From assembly GCA_046483305.1 (NCBI GenBank), contig JAWODM010000034.1, positions 1-64,000 of the forward strand: 64,000 bases of DNA, written 5' to 3'. The position numbers were made by a program, and so were the translations under genes. Every line of letters begins with the position of its first letter. The stretch's first letter is position 1. The notes beneath the pieces were generated by a model that was given only the letters and a program-made list of their open reading frames with translations, made no database searches and was not told where the DNA came from. Of this stretch, positions 48,474-57,665 are shown piece after piece. Source of the stretch: Candidatus Krumholzibacteriales bacterium. Lineage in GTDB: Bacteria; Krumholzibacteriota; Krumholzibacteriia; Krumholzibacteriales; WJIX01.

Positions 48474-49427
48474 ATGCGAGTTTTAATTACTGGTGCATAC
48501 GGTTTTGTGGGCAGGTATATGGCCCGTGAAATGGCTGAGGCGGGATTCGAAGTCCTGGCAACGGATATCATCGATCCTGATGAGGCGAAGAAGGCTCTGC
48601 CGGAAGGAGCCGCTTACAGAGAATGCAATCTTCTGAGCGGTAATGAAGTGAATGGGCTGCTGGAGGAGCCCCTCCCCGGCCTGGTAATCCATCTCGCAGC
48701 TCTCAGCTCAGGGCGCAAATCGATTTCGGCGCCTCTGGAGACTTTCCGGACCAACATTATCGGATTTGTAAATCTCCTGGAAGGGGTGAGAAGAAGCGGA
48801 GGGGATATCAGAGTACTGGCGGTCGGTTCCGGCGAGGAGTATGGCAGAAAGAGGCCGGGCGAAATGCCGATCAGCGAAGACGCGGCGATAGGACCGGCAA
48901 ATCCATACGCTGCCAGCAAGGCGTCCCAGACTATCATCGGACTGCAGTATCACCGGACTTACAATATGGACCTGGTGGCCACCCGGAGTTTCAATCATAC
49001 CGGACCCGGCCAGACCGATACTTTCGTGTTGCCCTCATTCGCCCGAAAATGCGCCGAGATTGCGGCGGGGGCCAGGGAGCCGGTCCTCAGGACCGGGAAT
49101 CTCGAGATAGTGCGAGATTTTCTTGATGTCAGGGATGTGGTGAAAGCTTACCGGATGCTTTGTGAGAAAGGCCGTGCCGGAAAGGTATACAATGTATGCT
49201 CGGGAGAGGGCCTGAAATTGAAAGAAGCACTTGACATAATGGTCGAACAGTTTGATATAGATGTTGATAAGGGTAAGGACCCGGAATTGTACAGGCCGGC
49301 TGATGTGCCCGTATTCGTCGGGGACAACAGCATGCTTTCGGAGGAGACCGGGTGGAAGAGAAACATCACGGCAACGGAGATGCTGTCTGACCTTGTGGAT
49401 TACTGGAGAAGCCTTTATGGTGGATAA
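48474..49427 (+). CDS. Second Rmd/Gmd-like extended SDR
   Basis: Motifs GAYGFVG, HLAA, GSGEEYG, YAASK, FNHTGPGQ and RDFLDVRD. Confidence 0.85.
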   Translation: MRVLITGAYGFVGRYMAREMAEAGFEVLATDIIDPDEAKKALPEGAAYRECNLLSGNEVNGLLEEPLPGLVIHLAALSSGRKSISAPLETFRTNIIGFVNLLEGVRRSGGDIRVLAVGSGEEYGRKRPGEMPISEDAAIGPANPYAASKASQTIIGLQYHRTYNMDLVATRSFNHTGPGQTDTFVLPSFARKCAEIAAGAREPVLRTGNLEIVRDFLDVRDVVKAYRMLCEKGRAGKVYNVCSGEGLKLKEALDIMVEQFDIDVDKGKDPELYRPADVPVFVGDNSMLSEETGWKRNITATEMLSDLVDYWRSLYGG

Positions 49428-49462
49428 GGTACAGTAGCTTTGAAAGAAAGTGGGAGTTGTCA

Positions 49463-50767
49463 ATGCCTGATATATGTATGGTTGGAACAGGTTATGTAGG
49501 GCTGGTGAGCGGCGCCTGCCTGGCTGATTTTGGAAATACAGTCATATGCGTGGATATAAACGAGGACAGAATTTCTCAGATAAAGAACGGCATTATACCG
49601 ATTTATGAACCGGGGCTCAAGGAGCTGGTAAGCAGAAACAGAGATTCCGGCAGGTTATTTTTTGCCACCGATCTGGAAGAAGGGGTGAGAAAATCGGATG
49701 TTATCTTCTCCGCGGTGGGAACCCCCATGGGGGAAGACGGTTCGGCCGACCTCGGCGCGGTTTTCCGTGTTGCCGCTGATGTGGCCGGCTATATGAAACA
49801 GTACAAGGTGTTCGTTCAGAAGAGTACAGTCCCGGTAGGTACTTCAGAGAAGGTGGGGCAGATTATCAGGGAAAATCTCAAGGGAGATATCGACTTTGAG
49901 AGGGTATCCAACCCGGAATTCCTGAGAGAAGGATCCGCCATTGAGGATTTCATGCGCCCCAATAGAGTTGTTATCGGGGTGGACAGCCCCAGGGCAAGGG
50001 AGATCATGAGAGAGATTTACCGCCCGCTCTACCTGCTGGAAACGCCGGTGGTATTCACTTCGGTCAGAACAGCCGAGCTTATCAAGTACGCCAGCAATTC
50101 GTTCCTGGCTGTGAAGATATCATTCATAAACGAGATAGCGGACCTCTGTGAGAAACTGGGCGCGGATATCAGCGATGTGGCCAAAGCCATGGGCCTGGAC
50201 AGGAGGATCGGGCCCAAATTTCTTCACGCCGGTATCGGTTACGGGGGATCCTGCCTCCCCAAGGACGTGGCAGCCATACTTCATACGGCGGAAACCCACG
50301 GGGTGGACCTCAGGATTATCTCCGGGGCCGACAGGGTCAACAATGCAAGGGTGGACAGGCTGATGGAAAAGGTATACTCCGAATTCCCCGGTATTAAGGG
50401 AATAGATATAGCCCTGCTGGGGCTTTCATTCAAGCCGAACACCGACGATGTGCGCGACGCCCCGTCACTGAGGTTCATAGACCGGGCGCTGGAGGAGGGA
50501 GCGGAGCTGAGAGTTTATGATCCGATCGCCATGGATAACGTCAAGGAGATATACGGTTCGAAGCTCAAATATTTCGATAACGCCTACGGCGCTATCGAGG
50601 GGGCGGAAGCGCTGGTTATAATGACCGAATGGAATGAATTCAGAGTGCTCGATATGGACAGGGTGGAGGAACTGATGAAGGGCAGGGCGATCTTCGACTG
50701 CCGCAACATATATAAGGACGTCGATCTCGAGAGTAAGGGGTTCTCGTATCATTCGTTCGGCCGCTGA
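49463..50767 (+). CDS. ugd: UDP-glucose 6-dehydrogenase
   Basis: Motifs GTGYVGL, KSTVP.GT, NPEFLREG, GYGGSCLPKD and FKPNTDD.R. Confidence 0.93.
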   Translation: MPDICMVGTGYVGLVSGACLADFGNTVICVDINEDRISQIKNGIIPIYEPGLKELVSRNRDSGRLFFATDLEEGVRKSDVIFSAVGTPMGEDGSADLGAVFRVAADVAGYMKQYKVFVQKSTVPVGTSEKVGQIIRENLKGDIDFERVSNPEFLREGSAIEDFMRPNRVVIGVDSPRAREIMREIYRPLYLLETPVVFTSVRTAELIKYASNSFLAVKISFINEIADLCEKLGADISDVAKAMGLDRRIGPKFLHAGIGYGGSCLPKDVAAILHTAETHGVDLRIISGADRVNNARVDRLMEKVYSEFPGIKGIDIALLGLSFKPNTDDVRDAPSLRFIDRALEEGAELRVYDPIAMDNVKEIYGSKLKYFDNAYGAIEGAEALVIMTEWNEFRVLDMDRVEELMKGRAIFDCRNIYKDVDLESKGFSYHSFGR

Positions 50768-50851
50768 CCCGCCTGGCCTCCGGTTCCCCTGCCGGAACCG
50801 GGAGTTTTCTCCCGGCTGTGCGGAAACGCGGTTTGCGAGAGGATGTAACTG

Positions 50852-51880
50852 ATGAGGAAAATTCTGGTCACCGGAGGAGCCGGGTTTATCGGATCCAATT
50901 TCGTTAAAATGATTCTGGAAAGGAAGAGCCGTAACCATGTGATAGTTCTGGATAAACTCACCTACGCCGGGAATATAGATAATCTTGAGGGGTATATGAA
51001 TAATCCCGGGCTTGATTTTGTGAGGGGCGACATCGGAAACGGGCAGCTTCTGGACCTGCTGGTGCCGGGGGTGGATATAATTTATAATTTCGCCGCTGAA
51101 ACGCACGTGGACCGTTCCATCCTGGAGGGCGGTTCTTTTGTGAGAACCGACGTGATGGGTACCTTCACGCTTCTTCAGAAAGCCATGGAGCATGAGGTGC
51201 CCCGTTTTGTGCAGGTCTCCACTGACGAAGTATATGGGAGTATTGAAAAGGGAAAGTTCAGGGAAACCGATCCGATAAGGCCTAACAGCCCCTATTCAGC
51301 CTCCAAATCGGGAGCGGATCTGCTGGTAAGGGCCTTCTACAAAACATATGGACTGCCGGTTCTGATAACCAGAAGTTCCAATAATTACGGGCCGTTCCAG
51401 CATCCCGAAAAATTCATTCCGTTGTTTATCACCAATGCTCTTGAGGGCAGGGAACTTCCGCTCTACGGAGACGGCAGGAATGTAAGAGACTGGATCTATG
51501 TTGAGGATAACTGCCGTGCTATCGATCTGGTGGGGAGGAGGGGCAGAATCGGAGAGGTATACAATATCGGCGCCGGCGCGGAGAAGGAGAACCGTTATAT
51601 CGCCGGGAAGATACTGGAACTGACCGGAGCTGATAGCGGACTGCTCAAACTGGTTTCCGACAGGCCGGGACACGACAGAAGGTACGCAATAGACTCGCGC
51701 AAGATTAAATCTCTGGGATGGAAGAACAGGACAGCTTTCCCGGAGGGGCTCGAAAAGACCGTTAAGTGGTACATGAAGAATAAGAGCTGGTGGAAGAGAA
51801 TCAAGGAAGGCAGTTTCAGGGACTATTACGACAGAATGTACAGTCAGCGGCTTGAGGAATCTTCTGACGGGAAAGGTTGA
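50852..51880 (+). CDS. rfbB: dTDP-glucose 4,6-dehydratase
   Basis: Motifs GGAGFIG, DKLTYAGN, AAETHVDRSI, STDEVYG, YSASK and DRPGHDRRY. Confidence 0.95.
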   Translation: MRKILVTGGAGFIGSNFVKMILERKSRNHVIVLDKLTYAGNIDNLEGYMNNPGLDFVRGDIGNGQLLDLLVPGVDIIYNFAAETHVDRSILEGGSFVRTDVMGTFTLLQKAMEHEVPRFVQVSTDEVYGSIEKGKFRETDPIRPNSPYSASKSGADLLVRAFYKTYGLPVLITRSSNNYGPFQHPEKFIPLFITNALEGRELPLYGDGRNVRDWIYVEDNCRAIDLVGRRGRIGEVYNIGAGAEKENRYIAGKILELTGADSGLLKLVSDRPGHDRRYAIDSRKIKSLGWKNRTAFPEGLEKTVKWYMKNKSWWKRIKEGSFRDYYDRMYSQRLEESSDGKG

Positions 51881-51882
51881 TA

Positions 51883-52980
51883 ATGAAAGCGGCAGTTGTA
51901 GTCGGAGCGAGGCCTAATTTCATGAAAGCCGCCCCCCTTATGAGGGAGTTCGGCTCGAGAAGGGGGATCGACGCTTTCCTGGTGCACACCGGCCAGCACT
52001 ACGATGAAAATATGTCGAAGGTTTTTTTCGAAGACCTGAATCTGCCCAGGCCGGATATATATCTGGAAATAGGTTCCGGCACTCATGCCGCCCAGACTGC
52101 CGGGGTTATGGTGGAGTTCGAAAAAGTGGTGGCCCGGAATAATCCCGACCTGATAATAGTGGTGGGCGATGTCAATTCAACCCTGGCCTGCTCTCTGGTA
52201 GGAGCGAAGCAGCATATCCCGGTTGCTCACGTGGAGGCGGGGCTTAGAAGCTTTGACAAGAGAATGCCCGAGGAGATTAACAGAATGGTTACAGATATTA
52301 TCTCCGATTTCTGTTTTACCACCTCTCCGGAAGCGGAATTCAATCTGAACAGGGAGGGTATCGGGAAGGAGAGGATATTCTTCGTAGGCAATGTAATGAT
52401 AGATTCATTAAAATCTTATATCGAAAAATCGGAACAATCCCGGATTCTGGAAGAGCTGAAACTCAGTAAGGGAAAGTATATACTGGTCACTCTCCACCGG
52501 CCTTCCAATGTGGACGATCCCGCGCAGTTCAGGTCTCTCTTCGAGGTGCTGGACAGGCTTGCCGAATCTAACCGGGTGGTTTTCCCGATGCATCCCAGGA
52601 CACGCAAGGTAATGGATGGGGCGGGGATAAGCCTGGAAGCCGGTTCCGGTTTCAAGGTAATCGAGCCGGTGGGGTACCTCGACTTTCTCAAATGCATGAA
52701 GTATTCCAGGCTGGTTGTTACCGATTCCGGAGGAATACAGGAAGAGACCACGGTGCTGGGGATACCCTGTTTGACGGTGCGGGATAACACGGAGAGGCCG
52801 ATCACCGTCAGGATGGGAACCAACCGGCTGGTAGGAACCAGGGCTGAAGATCTCTACGCCTCCGCACTGGAGGTTCTGGAGGAGGGAGTGGGCGATTTCA
52901 GTGTGCCTCCTCTGTGGGACGGTATGACAGCCCCGCGGATAGCGGACATAATTGAGAATGCTTTTGACAGCGCCGGGTGA
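51883..52980 (+). CDS. wecB: UDP-GlcNAc 2-epimerase (non-hydrolysing)
   Basis: Motifs GARPNFMK, HTGQHYD, HVEAGLRS, MPEEINR and TDSGGIQEE. Confidence 0.93.
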   Translation: MKAAVVVGARPNFMKAAPLMREFGSRRGIDAFLVHTGQHYDENMSKVFFEDLNLPRPDIYLEIGSGTHAAQTAGVMVEFEKVVARNNPDLIIVVGDVNSTLACSLVGAKQHIPVAHVEAGLRSFDKRMPEEINRMVTDIISDFCFTTSPEAEFNLNREGIGKERIFFVGNVMIDSLKSYIEKSEQSRILEELKLSKGKYILVTLHRPSNVDDPAQFRSLFEVLDRLAESNRVVFPMHPRTRKVMDGAGISLEAGSGFKVIEPVGYLDFLKCMKYSRLVVTDSGGIQEETTVLGIPCLTVRDNTERPITVRMGTNRLVGTRAEDLYASALEVLEEGVGDFSVPPLWDGMTAPRIADIIENAFDSAG

Positions 52981-53025
52981 GCCCGGACGCGAAAGGAACG
53001 GCCGAGGGAGGTACCGGCTTAGGAA

Positions 53026-54117
53026 ATGGTTAAGTTGTCTTATTCGGGTATAGTTGTTCCTTTTTGCCTGTCATTCCTGGTCTGTTTTATGATGACCCCT
53101 CTGGTCAGGAATATAGCGGCCAGGTGGAAGATCTGCGATAAGCCGAATGACAGAGCAAACGGGGATATCGCTCATATAGGAGGGGTTGCCATAGTTGCCG
53201 CCATAGTGGTAGGCCTGGTCCCCGTCTTTCTATTCCTGGTAGAGGAACAGATGCTCCCCAGGGTGTTCTTCCCTGTGCTTATAGTCAGCGGCTTTATTAT
53301 ATTCGTGCTGGGGGTGATCGACGATCTGAGGTCCCTGCATTATAAATACAAGCTGGTTCTGCAGCTGGTGGCCTCTGTGATAGTTTCTCTCGGGGGGATA
53401 TTTCTCTTCGCCAGTTTTTTCAGCTTCCCCCTGACGATTCATTTCGTGGTGGCAGTATTCATAGCAATCACCCTGTGGATTATGGCGGTCACGAGTTCCT
53501 TTAATCTGATAGACGGGATTGACGGACTGGCAACCGGAATAGCGGTTATCGCCGCCGCGGAGCTGTCAGTGGCCGGTTATTTATTCGATAACGCCGTGGT
53601 ACTGTATACATCGGTGGTAGTTCTCGGCGCGTCAGTCGCTTTTCTGAGATACAACTTCCCTCCCGCGATGATATTCATGGGAGATTCCGGCTCTCTCTTC
53701 TTCGGATTGATATTGGGATTGATAACCATATTTACGGTTATTCCGGGAAAAGATATCTTCTACAGAATAGCGGGATGCGTATTCATTCTGAGTATTCCTC
53801 TGACTGACGCAGTCCTGGCATTCCTTCGAAGGGCAATTGAGGGCCGTCCGGTTTTCGAAGCGGATTTGAAGCATCTGCATTATGTCCTGCTGTTCAAATA
53901 CGGTTCCATGAGAAAGGTTGATTTTGCCCTGTGGGGGCTCTCGCTGATTCTTGGTATCCTGGGGGTCTGGACCATGACCGGGAGCCTTGCCGCCTTTATT
54001 ATCGCGGCCTCCCTGCAGCTGGCGCTGCTTTTCTACTCATTCTACCTTATGACCAATACTCCGGTAACCGCTGAACGGATAAACAGCATCATTGCCGAAT
54101 ACAGGAAGAGGCAGTGA
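53026..54117 (+). CDS. WecA/TagO-type undecaprenyl-phosphate GlcNAc-1-P transferase (GT4/MraY family)
   Basis: Motifs D.P..R, GG.A, G..DD, N.IDGIDGLA, FL.YNFPPA.IFMGDSG and D..HLH. Confidence 0.9.
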   Translation: MVKLSYSGIVVPFCLSFLVCFMMTPLVRNIAARWKICDKPNDRANGDIAHIGGVAIVAAIVVGLVPVFLFLVEEQMLPRVFFPVLIVSGFIIFVLGVIDDLRSLHYKYKLVLQLVASVIVSLGGIFLFASFFSFPLTIHFVVAVFIAITLWIMAVTSSFNLIDGIDGLATGIAVIAAAELSVAGYLFDNAVVLYTSVVVLGASVAFLRYNFPPAMIFMGDSGSLFFGLILGLITIFTVIPGKDIFYRIAGCVFILSIPLTDAVLAFLRRAIEGRPVFEADLKHLHYVLLFKYGSMRKVDFALWGLSLILGILGVWTMTGSLAAFIIAASLQLALLFYSFYLMTNTPVTAERINSIIAEYRKRQ

Positions 54118-54232
54118 ACTTTAAGGAAGAGAGCTGCTGCCGGGCGCCCGTTTATCTTTGCCTTTTGAGAATTTCTGTGATACCTTGACATTAAAAAATA
54201 TTGGCGTTCAGCTTTTGAGGAGTTGATCAGAA

Positions 54233-55114
54233 ATAGCATCCAGCGAGTATAGAATAGCGTTCGGGGGTTCAACGGTAAAGGAAGCGGGCTCGGGCCTGGT
54301 CTCTTCCATGCGGGGGGTTATGCCTGACTCGGAATACAGAGAGATAGTAGCTGATGACGAGCGGGAAGCAAACGGTTCCGACCTGAGAGGATATCTGAGT
54401 CTGTTAGAGGATAAGGAACTGGATATATTGATCTGCGACGCCTCTCTGATACCATTTCCGCTCAGCCCGGAGCTTAAGATCGCGGCGGTGCCGGAAAGGA
54501 CCAATCCTTTTAATGTATTCATTTCGGAACACGCTTCGATCTTCGAGGATTACCGTGGTGAAATGCCTATCGAGGTATTCAGCCCGGTAATAAAGGGCCA
54601 GCTGATATATCATCATCCGGCATACAAATATGTTGAATGCGACAGGAATTTCTACCACTGCTACCGGAGGATGGTCAATGAGGAGTGCGGGGGGTTTGTT
54701 CTGCCCGCTTTCGTGGTGGAAACCCTGAATCAGCAGGGCAGGGTGGTGGAGGTATTCAGCTCCTCGGTCTGTATGCCGCTCCCCGGGCAGGGAACGCTGG
54801 CTCTGATAACCAGGAAGTCAGACCGGAAGAGCTCGGGGCTCGCCGGGGAGATTAATAACCCGAACCTGTGGCTGGCGCTGAACCTGGAGAGAAAATTCGC
54901 CGGGAGCGCGGTGTTTGAAAACAGGTGTGTTGGAGCGCTTTGCACCATATCCGGGCTGGCTCTGGATTTCAGCGCCGTTATAGTGAGTCAGGACGGCTCC
55001 GAAAGATTTGAGCGCGCTGTCTCCGGAAAAACGGATGATGGAGAAGATATTATCAGAAAACTGATCGATACTATTTATTCCGCCGGTAGTGAAACCGGCA
55101 CCAACTTAGCTTGA
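54233..55114 (+). CDS. Divergent hydroxymethylbilane synthase (HemC)-like protein lacking catalytic motifs
   Basis: HemC scaffold motifs (L...E.DI, AAVPER.NP, P.PGQG.LA..TR, ER.F, S.DG). The frame is open upstream of ATG 54308 to ATA 54233, behind GAGGAG. Start uncertain. Confidence 0.7.
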   Translation: MASSEYRIAFGGSTVKEAGSGLVSSMRGVMPDSEYREIVADDEREANGSDLRGYLSLLEDKELDILICDASLIPFPLSPELKIAAVPERTNPFNVFISEHASIFEDYRGEMPIEVFSPVIKGQLIYHHPAYKYVECDRNFYHCYRRMVNEECGGFVLPAFVVETLNQQGRVVEVFSSSVCMPLPGQGTLALITRKSDRKSSGLAGEINNPNLWLALNLERKFAGSAVFENRCVGALCTISGLALDFSAVIVSQDGSERFERAVSGKTDDGEDIIRKLIDTIYSAGSETGTNLA

Positions 55115-55136
55115 AACCTAATGGAGAATACGCTAT

Positions 55137-56408
55137 ATGCTTGACAGGAAATTGATCAGAAAGGATCCCGGCAGAGTGCGGGAGGGTATCAGGAACAAGG
55201 GAAGCGACTTCGACCTGGACCATTTTCTGGAAGTGGACCGGCGAAGGCGGGAGCTGCTTCAGGAAGTGGAATCACTTAAGCATGAAAAGAATGTAGCCTC
55301 CAGGGAGATTTCCCGCCTGATGCGGGAGAAGAAGGACGCTTCGGAGCTGATAGAGAGCATGAAGGCGACCTCTTCCACCATCAAAGAGCATGAAGATGAG
55401 TTGAAAGATATAACGGCGGAATTACAGGAACTTGAGCTTGATATTCCGAATATACCTCATGAGAGCGCGCCGGCCGGAACCTGCGAGGAAGATAACCCGG
55501 TTATCAGGGAATGGGGCGACCCGTTCAGAAATGACCTTCCCATACTGCCTCACTGGGAAATTGGTGAAAAACTGGGGGTGCTGGACCTGGAAGCCGGCGC
55601 CTCAGTGAGCGGAAGCGGCTTCGTGGTCCTGCGGGATGACGGGGCGCTTCTGTCCAGGGCGCTGGTGAACTATATGCTGGATACTCACCGCGGCAGGGGT
55701 TACCGGGAGGTCTCGGTTCCATATCTGGTAAGCAGGGATTCGATGATCGGAACCGGCCAGCTTCCCAAGATGGCGGACGATATGTACCACTGCAGCCGGG
55801 ATGACCTGTTCTGCATACCGACAGCGGAGGTGCCGGTAACAAACCTCCTGAGAGAAACCACCGTTCCGGAAGGCCGGCTCCCCGTGAAAATGGTTGCGTA
55901 CAGCCCCTGTTTCCGCAGAGAGGCGGGGAGCTACGGCAAGGATACCAGGGGGCTTATCAGAGTTCACCAGTTCGACAAGGTGGAGATGGTGAGGGTGGTC
56001 AATCCTGATGATTCCTACCGCCATCTGGAACTTCTGCTTGAGGATGCGCTTTTTATTCTTGAAAACCTGGATATTCCCTACCGGGTTATAGAACTCTGCA
56101 CCGGAGACCTGAGCTTCTCGGCCGCCAAGTGTTACGATATAGAAACCTATGCTCCCGCTACCGGGCAGTGGCTGGAAGTCTCATCCTGCAGCAACTTCGA
56201 GGATTTCCAGGCCAGAAGAGCGAGAATCAAATTCCGGGAGGAGAAGGACGGCGGCTCGGAGTTTGTGCATACCCTTAACGGTTCGGGGCTGGCTCTTCCT
56301 CGAATCATTGCAACCATCCTTGAACTCTATCAGACTCCCACGGGAAAGGTCCGGGTTCCCGATCCTCTTACCCGCTATATGGGCGGCCGGGAATTCCTGG
56401 GGGGGTAA
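55137..56408 (+). CDS. serS: Serine--tRNA ligase
   Basis: Motifs MLD, IPN, GTGQLPK, PTAEVP, FRREAGS.G.DTRGLIRVHQFDKVE, EVSSCSN and HTLNGSGLA. Confidence 0.97.
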   Translation: MLDRKLIRKDPGRVREGIRNKGSDFDLDHFLEVDRRRRELLQEVESLKHEKNVASREISRLMREKKDASELIESMKATSSTIKEHEDELKDITAELQELELDIPNIPHESAPAGTCEEDNPVIREWGDPFRNDLPILPHWEIGEKLGVLDLEAGASVSGSGFVVLRDDGALLSRALVNYMLDTHRGRGYREVSVPYLVSRDSMIGTGQLPKMADDMYHCSRDDLFCIPTAEVPVTNLLRETTVPEGRLPVKMVAYSPCFRREAGSYGKDTRGLIRVHQFDKVEMVRVVNPDDSYRHLELLLEDALFILENLDIPYRVIELCTGDLSFSAAKCYDIETYAPATGQWLEVSSCSNFEDFQARRARIKFREEKDGGSEFVHTLNGSGLALPRIIATILELYQTPTGKVRVPDPLTRYMGGREFLGG

Positions 56409-56409
56409 T

Positions 56410-57657
56410 ATGAAGATCAGGCTATCAAGAAATCTTCCCTTTCTCATCAGGGTATATTTCATTGTGGGAGGCATAATACTGGTGATATCGATGCTCTATT
56501 ACAATAATACCCTGATAACCAGGATGCGCGAACAGGCCGAGAGCACCACAAAGCTGTTTTCCCGCTTTACCGCTCTGGCTCTGAGCAGGGTGGAGAACGC
56601 AGGCAGCAGGCAGTTTGTGAGGGAGATTCGTGAATCGATGATTCTGCCGCTGGTGATAACAGACGCTAGGGGCAGGCCGATGATATGGAATGAAATAGGC
56701 ATAGAACAGGTGGGCGATTCGGAGTATTCAAGGCTTCTGGATTTCGATCCGGCTGATCCGGACGATCCGCTGCTGGAAAAGGTTATGGAAAAGGTCAGGA
56801 GCTTCGACAGAATAAATGAACCGATCCCGGTCAATACCAACGGCCAGCAGCTCAATATCCACTACGGCCTTTCCGGACTGGCCAGGGAACTTAGAATAGC
56901 CCCATACGTTCAATTAGGTGTGTTCGTTATATTCGCTCTGTTTGGTTTCATGGGGTTTATTTATCTGAAACGCAGCGAACAGAGGTCCATATGGGTCGGC
57001 ATGTCGAAGGAAACCGCCCACCAGCTGGGAACGCCGATATCTTCACTGATGGGCTGGCTGGAGATCATCAAGGGAGAACTCAGAAAGCCTGATATGTACA
57101 GGGAAAAGATAGAATCAGCCGCCATGGAAGCGGAGCTGGACGTTCAGAGGCTCAGCAGAATCTCTTCAAGGTTCAGCAAGATAGGTTCGGCGCCCAGGCT
57201 GGAATACCAGGATATAGGCGATATCATATCAGACACGGTCGATTATTTCAAGAGAAGGCGCCCGGCGCTCAGCATTAATTCGATTATTAACCTGGAACTT
57301 GAAGAGATGCCGGAGGTGCGCTGCAGCGCTGACCTGATCGGCTGGGTGTTCGAGAACCTTATAAAGAATTCGCTGGATGCCATCAGCGAAGGAGAGGGGC
57401 GTATCGAGATAACCGGCAGGGTGAACAGGAAAAACAACAGAATAGAGATAACGGTAAGCGATACAGGCAAAGGGATACCGCCGGCGCTCAGAAAAAGGGT
57501 GTTCGCCCCCGGAGTTACCACCAAGAGGCGGGGGTGGGGCCTCGGCCTGGCGCTGGTCAAGAGGATAGTGGAAGAGATTCATAACGGCTCGATCACGCTT
57601 GCGGATTCCGAACTGGGCAAGGGAACTACCTTTATTCTTAAATTCCCCGTTGATTAG
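56410..57657 (+). CDS. Membrane sensor histidine kinase
   Basis: Two TMs, H box KETAHQLGTP, N box ENL.KN..DA, DTGKG and GWGLGL. The start is ATG 56410; the upstream extension overlaps serS. Confidence 0.93.
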   Translation: MKIRLSRNLPFLIRVYFIVGGIILVISMLYYNNTLITRMREQAESTTKLFSRFTALALSRVENAGSRQFVREIRESMILPLVITDARGRPMIWNEIGIEQVGDSEYSRLLDFDPADPDDPLLEKVMEKVRSFDRINEPIPVNTNGQQLNIHYGLSGLARELRIAPYVQLGVFVIFALFGFMGFIYLKRSEQRSIWVGMSKETAHQLGTPISSLMGWLEIIKGELRKPDMYREKIESAAMEAELDVQRLSRISSRFSKIGSAPRLEYQDIGDIISDTVDYFKRRRPALSINSIINLELEEMPEVRCSADLIGWVFENLIKNSLDAISEGEGRIEITGRVNRKNNRIEITVSDTGKGIPPALRKRVFAPGVTTKRRGWGLGLALVKRIVEEIHNGSITLADSELGKGTTFILKFPVD

Positions 57658-57665
57658 AAGGAGAA

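Noticed and set aside
56149..56409. N-terminal extension of the histidine kinase overlapping serS
   Set aside because: Alternative-frame read-through of serS. ATG 56410, just after the serS stop, gives a normal TM start.
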